The position numbers and the translations under genes were made by a program. From Williopsis jadinii (lineage: Eukaryota): a stretch of 64,000 nt of DNA. Positions 53,301-62,845 of the stretch are shown here, piece after piece. Position 1 is the stretch's first letter; each line of letters begins with the position of its first letter. The notes beneath the pieces are model-generated. The model searched no databases and had not been told where the DNA came from. It saw only the letters and a list, made by a program, of their open reading frames with translations. Location: NCBI GenBank assembly GCA_024346625.1, contig AP024664.1, forward strand, positions 4,216,001 to 4,280,000, read 5' to 3'.

Positions 53301-54059
53301 GAGGATGCAATTGAAGCGAATGAGCATGGCTCTACTGGTAGAGGAATTGCAAGGAAGAAGTCTAAACACAGGTCTAAGAAGTCCAAATCACGGAGACGTA
53401 GAAGTGCTACAGGGGATTTGCCAATGCATGAACTCAGTGATGACGAAGCTGAAAGAAAATCCAGACATAAACATTCGACTACTGCTGATTACAAGTCTAT
53501 GAAGTACATTGTGGATTCTGACGAGGAAGATGAAGAAGCAAATGCAGCATTCTATGCACGTGAAAGAAGACTTCGTGATCTCTTGGAAAGTTATGATGGA
53601 AATTTAACTGCTGAACAGATGAGAGCGCTGTTCCACTCTGCTGCTACTAATTCAGGTAACAACGATGACGAAGATAATGACGGAATCATTGATATCATTC
53701 CACCACCAAAGAGACAAGGAGATGAGATCATTTCACCTGCCGTGAAGAGAACAAAAACAGCTATTTCAGATGACGAAGAGTCTGAGGAGGAACTGTCCGC
53801 TTTTAAGGAATCTAATGTTCATAGTGTACCTGTCAGTGACAGTGAACAGTCATCCGAGGAAGAGTCCCATAATGAACCAAGCGAAAATGAATCTTCAGAC
53901 AATAGTGATGACGAACAGACCAAAGTCACAAGTGAAGAAGTTGATGCTGACCTTGGAAAACATACAGAGTCAGCAGTTGTGGATGAAGATGATGAAGACA
54001 GTGTACCTATTAGGGTCAAGAAGCGTGCAGTCATTGAAGATGACGAAGACGACGAGTGA
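50328..54059 (+). CDS. TOF1: Replication fork protection protein Tof1 (Timeless family)
   Basis: ILVTSLGG, YKLG.EAY.CL.DI.KW, LLVLLTLP, SRHGRFGTLLS, LFRLDF, acidic tail. First ATG at 50328. Confidence 0.95.
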   Translation: MEDQGDDTLEDFIEGEVIDDQEARDGYGQTSLNQPPPPKPYIKSYIAILVTSLGGLDYSSDKQNAPYKLGIEAYLCLQDIEKWIVSHDQRENSWEVAVACAETGLVNDLVTILCMWNDSLNKKSTISGYSKKHDERIARKCLKLLVLLTLPLELSEGIFKQQLEHYSELKKYQLYYKKQILTYRNGFVLQAVIKILLPVIAKDKREREKMDYFIIKQCIVFFRNLLQIEPAGISKAKGKKLKQAELTENLPKGVDMDDVSIGACLGAFHDNLVFTFFLTFYSSIGVDKDFDPQMVANISQDILYNMVRHLSPGYIMYSKDVEKYSMEQAESSLALGDLLSKEKDMVNQLKKHTSSRHGRFGTLLSLQTPDLGRLTVSNSGNLLSRNDPIATFDQHKKWIKTARFKYTDDDEGVIQRHVAIGSTNRKAFNSFVTDFIDGAFNPFIKACTRVLSSSDNKGSDTQSKIQYVMIIAWFLEAQRERYGSNLSEVDYTLVGSALTDETFILLGSYFNEAVDEKKWELAHACMILLTEMLQVANTLSVSSLDENRYISTNLRKRIFKDHHISPIPPCVKNAHKRSPEFVDTCVALVDAMTKEMDIFAKTDMKEFIKEQKSRSYVKVYTNEQITIDDLDINDEQALESAADVLSKGRRDLRDKFIASLAHEGTIHSYISFIKRFNDVPEKSLKKAIKFLHRIFFSLKRYNLLFRLDFMLVLHNMLSPEGLLHTSNIRKHVEQFMNHFMKKLRQSLDNEPCLYVEMLFPGGVSTSPFDELEIRNIRRETLVHSIVEIKNGDSMDLEKKVAIMVAYLIDDGFKEVVDWLSQELEKVVTVRLQENSMDVPPDQDISDLPDDKERKPVIITSMYPSMKKKLVTEPRVRYLLKLAGASLPATTSQKCTFSGSEDVDQLIMVNTYIKIYLISPVSLEEGKTARDYVIKRNLKDQYKESNENRGYDSDAFQGIGYSSDDDDVAFGFHSDDEGRTKVGYMDDELDQIEDAIEANEHGSTGRGIARKKSKHRSKKSKSRRRRSATGDLPMHELSDDEAERKSRHKHSTTADYKSMKYIVDSDEEDEEANAAFYARERRLRDLLESYDGNLTAEQMRALFHSAATNSGNNDDEDNDGIIDIIPPPKRQGDEIISPAVKRTKTAISDDEESEEELSAFKESNVHSVPVSDSEQSSEEESHNEPSENESSDNSDDEQTKVTSEEVDADLGKHTESAVVDEDDEDSVPIRVKKRAVIEDDEDDE

Positions 54060-54134
54060 AACAATCTACGTCTTAATGTCCATAATATTAAATTAAGTTA
54101 GATTAAAACAGAATTAAACTAAGCTGAAATTTGA

Positions 54135-56354
54135 TCAATTCAGTGTAAATTCATCAATGTCTAAAGCACCATTCAGACTCTGGAAATTCCCTGAAGGTCT
54201 TGGTGTTATACCTGGTGTGTTACCGATACCGTAGATAACACCTGGTGTAGCAGCACCGTTTGATCCATTGATGTGTGCAGTGTGTGTATGGGCAGCATTT
54301 AGAGGGTAGAGTGGGGGATTGGCACCACTAACTTGTGGTGAATCTATGGATGGTGACATTGCTGTATCGTAAGTTGGAGGTGACAATGCAGAGACATCCT
54401 CATACATAGGAGGGACTTCATCATCCCATGCTATTCCCAATCCCGATCTTTCTGTTATGTTCAACTTGAACTGCATACGTAGAACACGGGCAGAACCAGT
54501 AGGTACACCAACAACGGCGTTGATGCTCGAAGGATCTTCTGGCTTACGCGAAGAGTTAGCTGGTTCAGTCTTTGTTGGCTTAACGTGGTTAGCAAAGACA
54601 GGAGACAATTCAGCAAGTCTTTGATCAGGTCTGTTACCTTCTCTTCTCAAGGACTCTGTATGAGAAGTCGATGTTGTTAGAGACGCTGACGATGAGTTTT
54701 GCAGCACCTCTTCAGCAATAACAACCTCCACGATGAGCACATGTGAGCAGTAGATACCCAGCACAGGATCGTCAATATCACAAGAAATAGTAGGATGAAC
54801 AGGTGGGAGGTTAAGGGGGTTGTTAGAAGAGACGTGGGTCCGGTGAGGACCAGAAGCACTTGATAATCCGAAGCACGAGATATCAGCAACAAGCTCAATC
54901 TTACCCTTACCTGAGAAGTCTGATTTCCATCCATTTCTTAGGTCTCCTGTTGCCACTGTGCGAATCTCTTGAGAGTAGAGAGAATAGTCCTCTGTTTGGG
55001 CCTGTGCATTTGCTAGCTGTGATAGACGTAGTTCTTCATTGGCATGGTCACTTGGGTGCAGATTGTTTGTTGAAGAGATTTGATCGTCATTGTCATTGTC
55101 ATTAGAGCCATTGACAGCAATTCGGTCCTCGTTACTAGCCGATACCGTTGGAGTGACACCTTCTCTCGTCTGCTGAGCACTCAAGTTGTTAGAAGCCATT
55201 GGTGTCAAAGATGCAGCATTCGACACAGAGAATGACGTTGTTGGGCCAGATTGTTGGTTTCTCTTCACGTTGTTCTTCGTCAACATTGGGTTCTTTCGGT
55301 AATGCTGTTCGATAACCTTCAACTTGGACTTGTGGTTTTCACATGAATTGGTCTTCACTTTCACCTGTTCCTCGATTCTCCAGCCCACTCTTCTCATTCT
55401 CCATCTTCTATCAGAGGACGACACTCCGTCTAGTTTCAGCTCCAATGCAAATGACGATTTTGGATAGACAACGTTTGGGAGAACAGCCGTAGCAGTAACG
55501 TCTGTCGGAGGGAATACTCTCAGCGAGTTTCTGTCAGGGCCTCTAAGAACAGATCTTGCAATGTTCACAGGCAGCGCAACCTTGACGATGTTTTGATGGT
55601 TGTTATGTGTGTTGTAGGATACAATGGCCACCAGCTCGTACTTGATCGTAGTTATACCACTTGAGCCTAGGCAGGTGGTGGCAGGCAATGCTCCTGGCAA
55701 TAGATGAGAGAATGGGTACGAGTGTTTGCCAGCTGGGAGGTTATGTGCCTGTGTCATAACGTCCCATCTGGCCAATTCAGTAGACTTCTTCTTACAGCTC
55801 GTACAGTTGGACAGGGTGTTTGAAGGAGGTAAGAACGGTTTGGCATAGTGAACGTTCTGGTAGAGGGTCAGTCGCACAGAGTTGATCAGCACGTGGTCCT
55901 TCACATTCAACAGGCTCATGAGGTTTGTAGAGGAGTTGTTCTTTGAGTGTATTGGAGAGCCATTATGAGAATGTACAGGCGATAGGTTCAAATTGGACAA
56001 CGTCTGCGACAGATTCTGTAGCGTGTTTGAAGAGAGCGCTCTCTTGGCAGAGGGTCTCTGCGGATGTTGCTGCTGGTGTTGGAAGGCCTCCTTCTTGATG
56101 GTGATGTTCAACTGGCCTGAAACTAGAGAGCCTGAGGACTCTGAAGGAGGTCCGTAGAGGATAATCGGTGGACTCTCCAGGTCGATAGAAAGCTCAAACG
56201 GCGGATGAGATGAATGGGCCAGGTTGTTGTTGGAAGTGACCGATGTTAGAGGTTGCAATGGCTGATTGCTTGATGCATTGTTTACATTCGAAGACGATGG
56301 TGATAACAAGCTGTTACTTGAGAGCGTCGCACTGAGCTTTGGGATGAAGGGCAT
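54135..56354 (-). CDS. LDB19: Alpha-arrestin Ldb19/Art1
   Basis: IDLESPPIILYG, HSYPFSHLLPG.LP, RNSLRVFPPT, RWRMRRVGWRIEE, WDDEVPPMY and PPTY motifs. Confidence 0.92.
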   Translation of the reverse strand: MPFIPKLSATLSSNSLLSPSSSNVNNASSNQPLQPLTSVTSNNNLAHSSHPPFELSIDLESPPIILYGPPSESSGSLVSGQLNITIKKEAFQHQQQHPQRPSAKRALSSNTLQNLSQTLSNLNLSPVHSHNGSPIHSKNNSSTNLMSLLNVKDHVLINSVRLTLYQNVHYAKPFLPPSNTLSNCTSCKKKSTELARWDVMTQAHNLPAGKHSYPFSHLLPGALPATTCLGSSGITTIKYELVAIVSYNTHNNHQNIVKVALPVNIARSVLRGPDRNSLRVFPPTDVTATAVLPNVVYPKSSFALELKLDGVSSSDRRWRMRRVGWRIEEQVKVKTNSCENHKSKLKVIEQHYRKNPMLTKNNVKRNQQSGPTTSFSVSNAASLTPMASNNLSAQQTREGVTPTVSASNEDRIAVNGSNDNDNDDQISSTNNLHPSDHANEELRLSQLANAQAQTEDYSLYSQEIRTVATGDLRNGWKSDFSGKGKIELVADISCFGLSSASGPHRTHVSSNNPLNLPPVHPTISCDIDDPVLGIYCSHVLIVEVVIAEEVLQNSSSASLTTSTSHTESLRREGNRPDQRLAELSPVFANHVKPTKTEPANSSRKPEDPSSINAVVGVPTGSARVLRMQFKLNITERSGLGIAWDDEVPPMYEDVSALSPPTYDTAMSPSIDSPQVSGANPPLYPLNAAHTHTAHINGSNGAATPGVIYGIGNTPGITPRPSGNFQSLNGALDIDEFTLN

Positions 56355-57243
56355 TTGTCTCGATGTTTATATGTTTGTCCGTGTCCCTCTCTATGTCTTC
56401 TATGTCAATATGTCCCCCTTATTATCGCCTATGGAAGTGCAATGTCTTGTCCTTTTCTATACCTTGTGTCCTTTGTCCTTAGCGCTGGTTTAATGTCTCA
56501 CCACGTCCTTTGAATTTTTTTTGTCCTTTTTTCTAATCTCAGCTTGGTGTAAAAATTCAAAAATAGGGAGCTTCGTTGATAGAAGTTCCACTTTGCAGAT
56601 TGGGTCGGAAACTCCTGCAATTTGGGACAAATGTCAGTCACCTTGGGACGGGTTTATCGTGTTTTTTAGCGCCGCTTGAAACAATCCCGGCGATATGAGA
56701 AGACCGAGTGTGGACACCCTCCACCAAAGTTGACCGCCCAGTGTTGCGCGCCTCCATCATCTTTACAATCCTGCAGCACATGATGCCAAAGTGCGAAATT
56801 TTGCACTGTGGTGTGGTCGTCAGGGTAATCAAACTGAAATGCTTTGCGCAAAAAGAGAAGGACAAAGAAACGAAAAAATTATGTAATTTCTTTGCGCGAA
56901 AAATTTCGCCATCAACGTAAAGGCGAACGAACGAACAAACAAAAAAAAACATACACAAACAACGACAGCGAAAGTCGTTTTGTGAGAAAAACTGAGAACT
57001 TCAAAACTTTAAAGGGGGAAGGGTACAGAAAGGAAAACAACAGTTGTTTACAATCAAAGGCCCAGCTAAAGAAGAAACAAAAGGAGTAATAAAGAGGAAA
57101 CAAAGGTCGCTTGAAAAGCAAAGCGCTGTGTTCAAACATCAATTCCGATCAAACCGCTCAAGATTTCAAGCTAAGCGCTCCATTCCTTGTCGAGATATTT
57201 TACACCGACTTCTTGCTTTGACGACTCACACAACGCTGACTGG

Positions 57244-59562
57244 ATGAACATACAAGGGTATCAAGGGCTCACTCCTGCTCAGCAGTTGTTGCAACAACAA
57301 CAACAACAACAACAACAGCAGCAGCAGCAGCAGCAGCAACAACAACAACAACCACAACAACAGCAGCAGAAGGTGCAATTCAATGATCTGTTCCAGACGA
57401 TGAATAACTCCATTGGCGGACAACACTCTGGTAATGACCTCTCGCACACTCAGATGTTACAACAGACCCTTTATCAAGGTCAATACAACAGGGCCCAGAC
57501 TCCTCAACAACGGAATATTCAACCTCAGCTACAACCTGGGATGCCACCGCCGCAACAACAACAGCAGCAATCTCAACAACAACAGCTGCAACAACAGCAG
57601 CAGCAACATCAACAATTGCATAGAGCTATACTTGTTGACCAGGCGACTGCTTCCCTGGAGCATTGGCAAGATCAAATGCAATTGGCGGAGGTTTCCCGAA
57701 AGTGCAATGTTCCTCATTTCTACGCAAGACATGCTGCGAGTGTCTCCAGAAGGGCCAAACAACCGCAATTTGGAGAGCAACAACAGAAACCGATGTCGCT
57801 TGTAGATATGACGGTACAGATGTTAGATTCAGAACATAACCAGGAATCTTTACAGCAGCAACAGCAGACTAATTCTACAAACCCTTCGCTGTTACACAAC
57901 AAGAAACTTTCCCACGATAATGAGAACGACGAAGATATTGACGATTTTACCATTCCAAGAATCACTTCCAAGGAGTATCCAGACCAGCTGTGGGGTGGAT
58001 TAGACTTGAGTGGTCAATCGATTGCGAACATATCTCCGAAGCTGTTCCACTACGAATTCTTGACCAAATTATATCTAAACGGTAACCACTTGGTTCAAGT
58101 ACCTAAGCAGATTAAACAATTGAAATTTTTGAAAGTGTTGGACTTGTCGAATAACAGACTAACTTCTCTACCTTTGGAGTTGGGATCTCTAACAATGTTG
58201 AAGTACCTTTACCTGTTTGATAACCATTTGACAACTTTACCCTTTGAATTTGGTAACCTATTCTCATTACATTTCATTGGGTTGGAAGGTAATCCAGATT
58301 TTAAAATGGAGTACATCAAGATCTTGGCGAAAAAGGGAACAAGATCTTTGATTATACATTTGAGGGATAACGTTCCAAAGGATCTACCACCTCCAAAGAG
58401 ACAATGGATTGAATTGTCAGAAGATGGCGAAATCGAACAACTTGAAGAGGATGTCAACCATGAAGAAGAGGGCGACAAAGATTCGGGTAAACTATCAAAG
58501 GGAGGAGAGGAGGCATGTTTCACCCTTTTGGATTACAATGTCTTGTGTCAACACTATGCATCTGCAAGAATGTACAGTTATACACCTTCTTGGGCTTTGA
58601 GTTGGGATTACAGGAAGGATGTTTTGAAAGAACAACTTCTACAATCAGATGCAGATATCATTTGTCTTCAAGAGGTTGAAACCCAGCTGTTTGAAGATTA
58701 TTGGCTAGGAGTAATGACTGAACGTGGATATAGAGGTATCTTCCATGCAAAGCACAGGGCAAAAAGAATGAATGAAAAAGAGGCAAAGAAAGTTGATGGT
58801 TGTGCAACGTTTTACAAACAATCCAAGTTCACGCTATGCGGTAAAAAGGCACTGGAGTATACACAAATTGTTTTAAACGCCTCCAGATATAAGAAGACCG
58901 ATGACGTGTTTAACAGATTACAAAGCCGTGATAACATTGGTCTCATCACAATTTTGAAACACATTGAAACCGGACAAGATGTCCTGGTGGCTAATACCCA
59001 TTTGCATTGGGATCCAGCGTATAACGATGTTAAAACAGTCCAAGTTGGTGTCCTTCTCGAAGAGATTGAGATAATTGCCAAGAATCATCTGAATACTACC
59101 GAAGATTCTACTATGAAACAACTACCAATGCTTGTCTGTGGTGATTTCAACTCGCAGCCACACTCTGCTGTTTATCAGCTACTCTCCACAGGGTTTGTCA
59201 AGGACCATGAGGATATCAAAGGCAGAGACTATGGTAAGTTCACCGAGAAGGGGTTCACTCATGGCCTACACTTCAAATCTGCTTATTCGAACATTGGAGA
59301 GATGTCATTCACCAACTTCACACCAAGCTTTACCGATGTCTTGGATTATATATGGTACACGCCGTCATCGTTAAATGTCCGTGGATTACTAGGTGAAATG
59401 GACAAAGAGTACTTGAACCACTACGTTGGTTTCCCGAACGCACATGCTCCATCGGATCATATACCACTTATGACTAAATTCCAATTGAAACAGAAGAAGG
59501 ACATTAACAACGCCGTGAGAAGAGAGTTCAAACCAGAGTTCAGATCCTCGAGAAAGACCTGA
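57244..59562 (+). CDS. CCR4: Ccr4 mRNA deadenylase
   Basis: Poly-Gln N-terminus, PHFYAR, leucine-rich repeats, EEP nuclease motifs (CLQEVE, GDFNS, DYIWY, PSDH). First ATG at 57244. Confidence 0.97.
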   Translation: MNIQGYQGLTPAQQLLQQQQQQQQQQQQQQQQQQQQPQQQQQKVQFNDLFQTMNNSIGGQHSGNDLSHTQMLQQTLYQGQYNRAQTPQQRNIQPQLQPGMPPPQQQQQQSQQQQLQQQQQQHQQLHRAILVDQATASLEHWQDQMQLAEVSRKCNVPHFYARHAASVSRRAKQPQFGEQQQKPMSLVDMTVQMLDSEHNQESLQQQQQTNSTNPSLLHNKKLSHDNENDEDIDDFTIPRITSKEYPDQLWGGLDLSGQSIANISPKLFHYEFLTKLYLNGNHLVQVPKQIKQLKFLKVLDLSNNRLTSLPLELGSLTMLKYLYLFDNHLTTLPFEFGNLFSLHFIGLEGNPDFKMEYIKILAKKGTRSLIIHLRDNVPKDLPPPKRQWIELSEDGEIEQLEEDVNHEEEGDKDSGKLSKGGEEACFTLLDYNVLCQHYASARMYSYTPSWALSWDYRKDVLKEQLLQSDADIICLQEVETQLFEDYWLGVMTERGYRGIFHAKHRAKRMNEKEAKKVDGCATFYKQSKFTLCGKKALEYTQIVLNASRYKKTDDVFNRLQSRDNIGLITILKHIETGQDVLVANTHLHWDPAYNDVKTVQVGVLLEEIEIIAKNHLNTTEDSTMKQLPMLVCGDFNSQPHSAVYQLLSTGFVKDHEDIKGRDYGKFTEKGFTHGLHFKSAYSNIGEMSFTNFTPSFTDVLDYIWYTPSSLNVRGLLGEMDKEYLNHYVGFPNAHAPSDHIPLMTKFQLKQKKDINNAVRREFKPEFRSSRKT

Positions 59563-59798
59563 GGGTTTGCATTTCTCGTCGTTCCCTTTAATTGGGTGTG
59601 GGTAATACATATATATTTTTTGTATATTAGTATGCTATAAAATCAAATGATTTTAGAGACTGATGTGCTTATTGTAGTTTCCAGAGTATATAGGCGGAGA
59701 TAAGCGGGGTTGTCGGAGATGCCAAATAGTGAACTTTTCTCCTTTGATCTCGAGACAGGCCTTATTATACATCAAAGGCATAGAAGCGGATAAAGATA

Positions 59799-60887
59799 AT
59801 GGCTGTCCCACTCAGAAGATCTGCACGCGTTATTGATGGTACACGATCCAAGTATTTCATCAAGAAAGAAGCTGAACGAAGTGTTAAGAAAGAAGTCAAC
59901 GAAGAGGTCAGCGTGAAGAAAGAAGTGAAGAATGAAGATGAAGATGACATATTAATCCCGCCACGGGATGGTGTAGTCAAGAAGGAGAGCAAGGAGGAGG
60001 GCGAAGAGGATGTAAAGATACCACCAAAGAAGAAGGTGAAGCTTTCTGAAGGTGAATCAGGTAAACCCATACCGAAGAACTTCTACCCAATCTATGAGCA
60101 AGTCAAGAAGATGAGGTCTTTGATAGTTGCACCAGTTGACACCATGGGATGTGCAGAGATTCCAATCACCTTGAACAAGGATATTCCACTCTCTCCAAGA
60201 AACTACAGATTCCAACTCTTAGTGTCGCTGATGCTTTCATCTCAGACCAAAGATGAAGTCAACTACAAGGCGATGGCGAATATGAAACAGTACTTCTTAG
60301 CCAATGGGTTTAACGATGGTATCACCATTGAATCTATGAAATGGATAGATGAGAAGAAACTGGACCAGCTAATCTTTAGTGTTGGTTTCCATACAAGAAA
60401 GGCATCGTACATAAAGAAAAGCGTTGATATCCTATTGTCCAAATGGGATGGAGAAGTACCGAACACTTTAGAGGGACTTGTATCATTGCCTGGTGTTGGA
60501 CCTAAGATGGCCTTCCTAACACTACAAAAGGCGTGGGACCTGAACTTGGGGATTGGTGTTGATGTTCACGTTGATAGGCTAAGTAAGATGTGGCACTGGG
60601 TAAAGAACAAAAAGGGTCCTGAGGAGACCAGGGTCGAATTAGAGAGTTGGCTACCAAGAGACCTCTGGACCGAGATAAACCCTGAGCTGGTTGGCTTTGG
60701 ACAGTCCATCTGTCTCCCCAGAGGTCGTAGATGTGACCTGTGTACCCTCAGTAAGCTGAAGCTCTGTGGGAACGTTGATAGAGCATTGATAAAGAAAGTT
60801 GAAACCATGAGCGATGACAAGCTCCAAGAGATGAACAGCAAGCTGAGATTTGATCCTACACCGTTAATGGACATTGAAGACTTGTAA
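59799..60887 (+). CDS. NTG1: Endonuclease III-type DNA glycosylase/AP lyase (Ntg1/Ntg2)
   Basis: APVDTMGC, LMLSSQTKDEV, HhH LPGVGPKMA, VDVHV, four-Cys Fe-S motif CLPRGRRCDLCTLSKLKLC. Confidence 0.92.
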   Translation: MAVPLRRSARVIDGTRSKYFIKKEAERSVKKEVNEEVSVKKEVKNEDEDDILIPPRDGVVKKESKEEGEEDVKIPPKKKVKLSEGESGKPIPKNFYPIYEQVKKMRSLIVAPVDTMGCAEIPITLNKDIPLSPRNYRFQLLVSLMLSSQTKDEVNYKAMANMKQYFLANGFNDGITIESMKWIDEKKLDQLIFSVGFHTRKASYIKKSVDILLSKWDGEVPNTLEGLVSLPGVGPKMAFLTLQKAWDLNLGIGVDVHVDRLSKMWHWVKNKKGPEETRVELESWLPRDLWTEINPELVGFGQSICLPRGRRCDLCTLSKLKLCGNVDRALIKKVETMSDDKLQEMNSKLRFDPTPLMDIEDL

Positions 60888-60930
60888 CGGATCGGAATAA
60901 ATAGGTGAAGCATATATAAATAAATAGTAG

Positions 60931-62016
60931 TCAAAGAATTTCAAACTCTGCAACCAAAGGAATATGATCACTGGGGTAGTCTCGATTGGGTAGTCCGCTT
61001 ATAGACTTCATGTAGCTTGTATCAACACCACTCAAGAACCCTGTGAGTCTAAAGTCCCTTGAGTTGAACCATATGTAGTCGAAGATGCCGAATAAATGCT
61101 GCGTAAAACATGTAAATAAGTCATTCTCTGCAATTATGGAATCGAATACATTCGATTGTGATCTAACTGGGTTTTCGATGAATTCCTTATCTGGGTGCAC
61201 CAAGAACGGTGCAATATCAGGATGACAGGTTTCAATCTTGTCATTCTTCAAGAATTTATACACAGAGGACTGTGGAGATGAGTTGAAATCGCCCATAAAT
61301 AACACTTTGGAGTTAGGATATCTCTTCTGAATCCTGTTCAATGCCTGAAGAATAACAATGAGTTGTAACAGTTTGATATCACTCAACTTCCAATACAGGT
61401 GTGTATTGGAAACAACGATGATCTTGTCGGTGGACAAATGTCGTAACACCATAATCAGCTCAACCTGGTTTTTCGAGTTGAGGATCTCGCCTATGGCAGT
61501 ACGATCCATTGCCATACCATAGTCGTTTTCAAAGGTATCGTTGAAGTAATCTGCGATCTTGAACTTTTCACATTCGATCAGTTCAAACTGACTCTTGTCG
61601 TAGAACACGGACACGCCATCAATCAGCTCAGCATCCTTAGAATCATGCCAGTAGCCCGGTGTCCCCTTTCTGATGAACTCGCCATCATAGCCCAGTTGCC
61701 TGAACATAGGCTTCCAGATCTGTTTAAAGCTCTTCGATTCCATCTCTTGGAAACACATTATGCCACTTTGGAACTGGGGGTTCGTCACAGTGTTCTGCAA
61801 CAACGAGAGCCTATAGTCCCACGACCGGTACTCCTTGGCCACGTACGAGTTGTACACCTGTGGCCACATGTACGACTGGTTCAGGACATTAAAACTCAGT
61901 ACTCGGAGGCTATTGTGCTTATCAGCCTGCTTATCCTTCTTCAATATTGATACCCAGTGACGATGCCTTGTCGGGTCGAAATCGGGTAGTTTACTGATCT
62001 TTGGGAAATGTGGCAT
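60931..62016 (-). CDS. NGL1: Ngl1 EEP-family (Ccr4-like) nuclease
   Basis: QSYMWPQVY, CFQEM, NTHLYWK, GDFNS, FDYIWF, PSDHIP; convergent with NTG as NGL1/NTG2 are. First ATG at 62016. Confidence 0.88.
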   Translation of the reverse strand: MPHFPKISKLPDFDPTRHRHWVSILKKDKQADKHNSLRVLSFNVLNQSYMWPQVYNSYVAKEYRSWDYRLSLLQNTVTNPQFQSGIMCFQEMESKSFKQIWKPMFRQLGYDGEFIRKGTPGYWHDSKDAELIDGVSVFYDKSQFELIECEKFKIADYFNDTFENDYGMAMDRTAIGEILNSKNQVELIMVLRHLSTDKIIVVSNTHLYWKLSDIKLLQLIVILQALNRIQKRYPNSKVLFMGDFNSSPQSSVYKFLKNDKIETCHPDIAPFLVHPDKEFIENPVRSQSNVFDSIIAENDLFTCFTQHLFGIFDYIWFNSRDFRLTGFLSGVDTSYMKSISGLPNRDYPSDHIPLVAEFEIL

Positions 62017-62689
62017 CTCGCTCAATCCTCTGCAAATGTCACCTTTCTCGAGCCGTTAAACTAGCGGGAATGCGTACTGTGAGCAGCGGTACACTCAAAG
62101 GTTGCTCTACGCAATAGGATAATACCCTCTTGTTGTGTGTAGCTTGAACCCCCACGTAAAACCCACACAAAATGGATTCGGAATTTGCGATATTCGCGGG
62201 ATTCTGCGCTTGGTGGTTGTTGTGGTTACCCCCTCTCTGCCTCTCGCTCTCTTTATCCACGGTTGAACTTTGCACTGTTCTTGGAATAAATGAAGGTGGA
62301 TGCTTTACTGTATTTTGTTTGAATGGGAGGGTGGGAACTAAATTCACCGTATTTTCACCCTAAAGTCGATTGGTCTACTGGGGACATAAACCCTCAACCG
62401 TCGGTCGGTCCCTGCCATGTATAATCAGGACCCGATTGTGCTTGAGTGACGGAATCCGGGGGAAAACAGCAGGAGGATGATATATTCGTTTGGTCTTTTC
62501 TCCTGGGAGCACATGTAAGATCATTCAGTGAAAGGTGAATCCATCATTTGGCAGACATATGGAAGACCCCATTTCCAGGCTGAGGTCCGAATAGAGTACA
62601 CACACATCTCCAATCGTGTCCCAGAATGACGGAGTGACACTTATGGAGAGGCCGTAGTTCACGGCTTGATATTACGTAAGCAAACTTTT

Positions 62690-62734
62690 GGTGTCCAGGT
62701 TTATAGGTGTCTGGGTTAACAGGTGTCTGGGTGT
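62690..62734 (-). promoter_or_regulatory. Three tandem telomere-like / Rap1-type sites
   Basis: GGTGTCCAGGTT (62690), GGTGTCTGGGTT (62706), GGTGTCTGGGTGT (62722) at 16-bp spacing; reverse complement ACACCCAGACACC. Confidence 0.6.
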
Positions 62735-62845
62735 ATCAAGCTTGTAAAAATTGTATAGCGTACGGTAACGACTCTCAGCTGTGAGCAATGGGTTCTTTTA
62801 GCGTACCCAGTGGAACCATATCGGGCCTGTTTCAATTACCAACGC

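Noticed and set aside
57244..62016. CCR4 and NGL1 (both EEP nucleases) as a functional cluster
   Set aside because: Best explained by ancestral gene order; no evidence of co-regulation.
62555..62800. RNase MRP or RNase P RNA suggested by GGAAGACCCC and CAATGGGTTCTT
   Set aside because: Poor match to the CR-I and CR-V consensus, and the interval contains the Rap1-like array.
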